This document shows, piece after piece, positions 62,762-64,000 of a DNA stretch of 64,000 nt (position 1 is its first letter; every line of letters starts with the position of its first letter). Both the position numbers and the translations under genes were made by a program. Source of the DNA: the human T2T-CHM13v2.0 reference genome, Homo sapiens; the NCBI RefSeq assembly GCF_009914755.1, contig NC_060941.1; one strand, given 5' to 3'. The notes beneath the pieces are model-generated. The model saw only the letters and a list, made by a program, of their open reading frames with translations, did no database searches and was not told the DNA's origin.

Positions 62762-63606
62762 CTGGATCCGAGGGGGAGGGGTGGGAAGGGGAGAAAATGA
62801 AATAAAAGATAATTACTGAACACGCCGAAATTGAATGCATCGTTTCTTAATAAATCCAGGCCTGGACTCAGAGCCCCCGCCGCCCTCCCCTTCGGGTCCC
62901 CGCCGCCTCCTCACTCCCCCACCCCACCGCCCGTCGCATTAGCGGACACTCTATAATAGTGGCATTTATTAAGAGACCTGTTCTCCTTTCGCTGCCCCAG
63001 CTTATGAAAATTTGATCATGTCACGCAGACAGAGCCGCATGGCCATTTATTTAGGGCTGGATTTTCGCGTGCGTGCTTTCTCCCCCTTATCCCCAATTCC
63101 AGGTCAGGGAAGACATTTCCCCTCCCCGCCCACCCCGTCCTGAGGACAGGATGGGAGACTGAGGAGAATCCTCGGGGTAATCTGGACACTCGTGGGCAGG
63201 AAGTGTGGCACGAAGAGGCTGCCATTTCTGGAGGCCGGGACCCCGGGCCGTCCAAGCGATTGTGATTAATACCCACAGTAATCATACTTAATAATAATCA
63301 ATCGTTGACGACTCTGCATCCTCCCGGCAGCGCCTCGTCTTGGCTCTGTGGCCTTGGGAAGGGCTTTGAGGCCACGCACTGGGCCTTCTGGAGCTTTCAG
63401 AAGCTCCGGTGGAGGGCAGCTAGAGGGAGGAGGGTGTTGGCGGGGTCAGAGGTCATTAGGGGGTAGGGGTATCAAAAATGTACCCGCTGGCCACCTAATA
63501 TTGTTCCCAGGCAGCCTCGCGGGCGCCTAGGGGCTGGGTGCTAGAATAACAGTGACATTCCTGGCTCCGACAAAAGCTGAGGACAAGGAAGGCAGAGAAC
63601 TGGTAC

Positions 63607-64000
63607 CTGTGCCGGGGGAGTTGTTTTTCAGCTTGGACGTTTGCCTCGACTCTTTCATCCAGGGGAATATCTGTTTGGTGAGGGTGGAGTTGGTGCCGGG
63701 ACCGCACTTTGGGGGACCACTTTTGCTGGGCCCGCCCCCATTACTGCTGTTGCTAGTGGCACTGGTAGGTGCGGCACTGGGCGGGGGTGAGCCAGGCGGG
63801 GCCGACAGGGTCTCGGGGGCCAGACCCGGCCTCATGCAGCTGCCGTTGAGCTCCTTGCTCTTGGCATGTGGGGCAGCGTTGCCCAGGGACTGCAGCGAGC
63901 AAGCTGAGCGCTGGTAGTCGCCCTCCAGGTGCGTGGCGGCCTGAAATGGGGGTTGGGGGGGGACATCGAAGCCGAAGCCATTGCTGCCAGGGTACGAGGA
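63607..64000 (-). CDS. HOXB3: HOXB3 first coding exon, partial (5' end beyond window)
   Basis: Reads SSYPGSNGFGFDVPPQPPFQAATHLEGDYQRSACSLQS...KQIFPWMKESRQTSKLKNNSPGT; donor ACAG|GTACCA at 63606; about 18 N-terminal codons missing. Confidence 0.96.

Larger units (their letters stand above)
55930..62820 (+). ncRNA. HOXB-AS1: Region expected to host the antisense lncRNA HOXB-AS1 (exons not resolved)
   Basis: Mainly prior knowledge that an antisense lncRNA overlaps HOXB2/HOXB3; the sequence shows strong + strand acceptors (tgctttttctccccctcttctag 56041-56063; ttttctttgttttcattttag ending 59951) and donor-like GTAAG sites near 60502 and 60635. Boundaries approximate. Confidence 0.35.

Overview
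Human (or closely related ape) genomic DNA covering the 3' (anterior) end of the HOXB cluster (17q21.3) plus about 40 kb of gene-poor, Alu-rich flank towards SKAP1. Three homeobox genes lie on the minus strand: HOXB1 (complete, 2 coding exons, 301 aa), HOXB2 (complete, 2 coding exons, 356 aa) and HOXB3 (complete last exon; first coding exon lacks about 18 N-terminal codons at the window edge). The classic hindbrain control elements can be read directly: the HOXB1 3' DR5 and DR2 RAREs, the 5' DR2 RARE, the b1-ARE (three PBX/HOX repeats plus SOX/OCT) and the HOXB2 r4 PBX-HOX/MEIS enhancer. About 45 Alu pieces, a MER41-family solo LTR, and L1/L2/MIR/MER5 fragments fill 1-52 kb; recognisable interspersed repeats stop after about 52 kb. 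I found no new protein-coding system; almost all small ORFs are Alu-derived or GC-rich shadow frames. The most unusual observations are: (1) a 172-bp perfect templated copy of an old Alu interior 1,571 bp from its source; (2) an Alu whose left monomer is inverted inside one TSD (twin-priming geometry); (3) an orphan CpG island with a CTCF/FOX/GATA/MEIS/PBX-HOX motif cluster next to a MER41 carrying tandem GAS sites; (4) a CCAAT-IRF-TATA promoter-like unit with a perfect splice donor; and (5) stronger-looking competing splice donors in HOXB1 and HOXB2 that would give hexapeptide-containing, homeodomain-less proteins. Repeat boundaries were estimated by eye.
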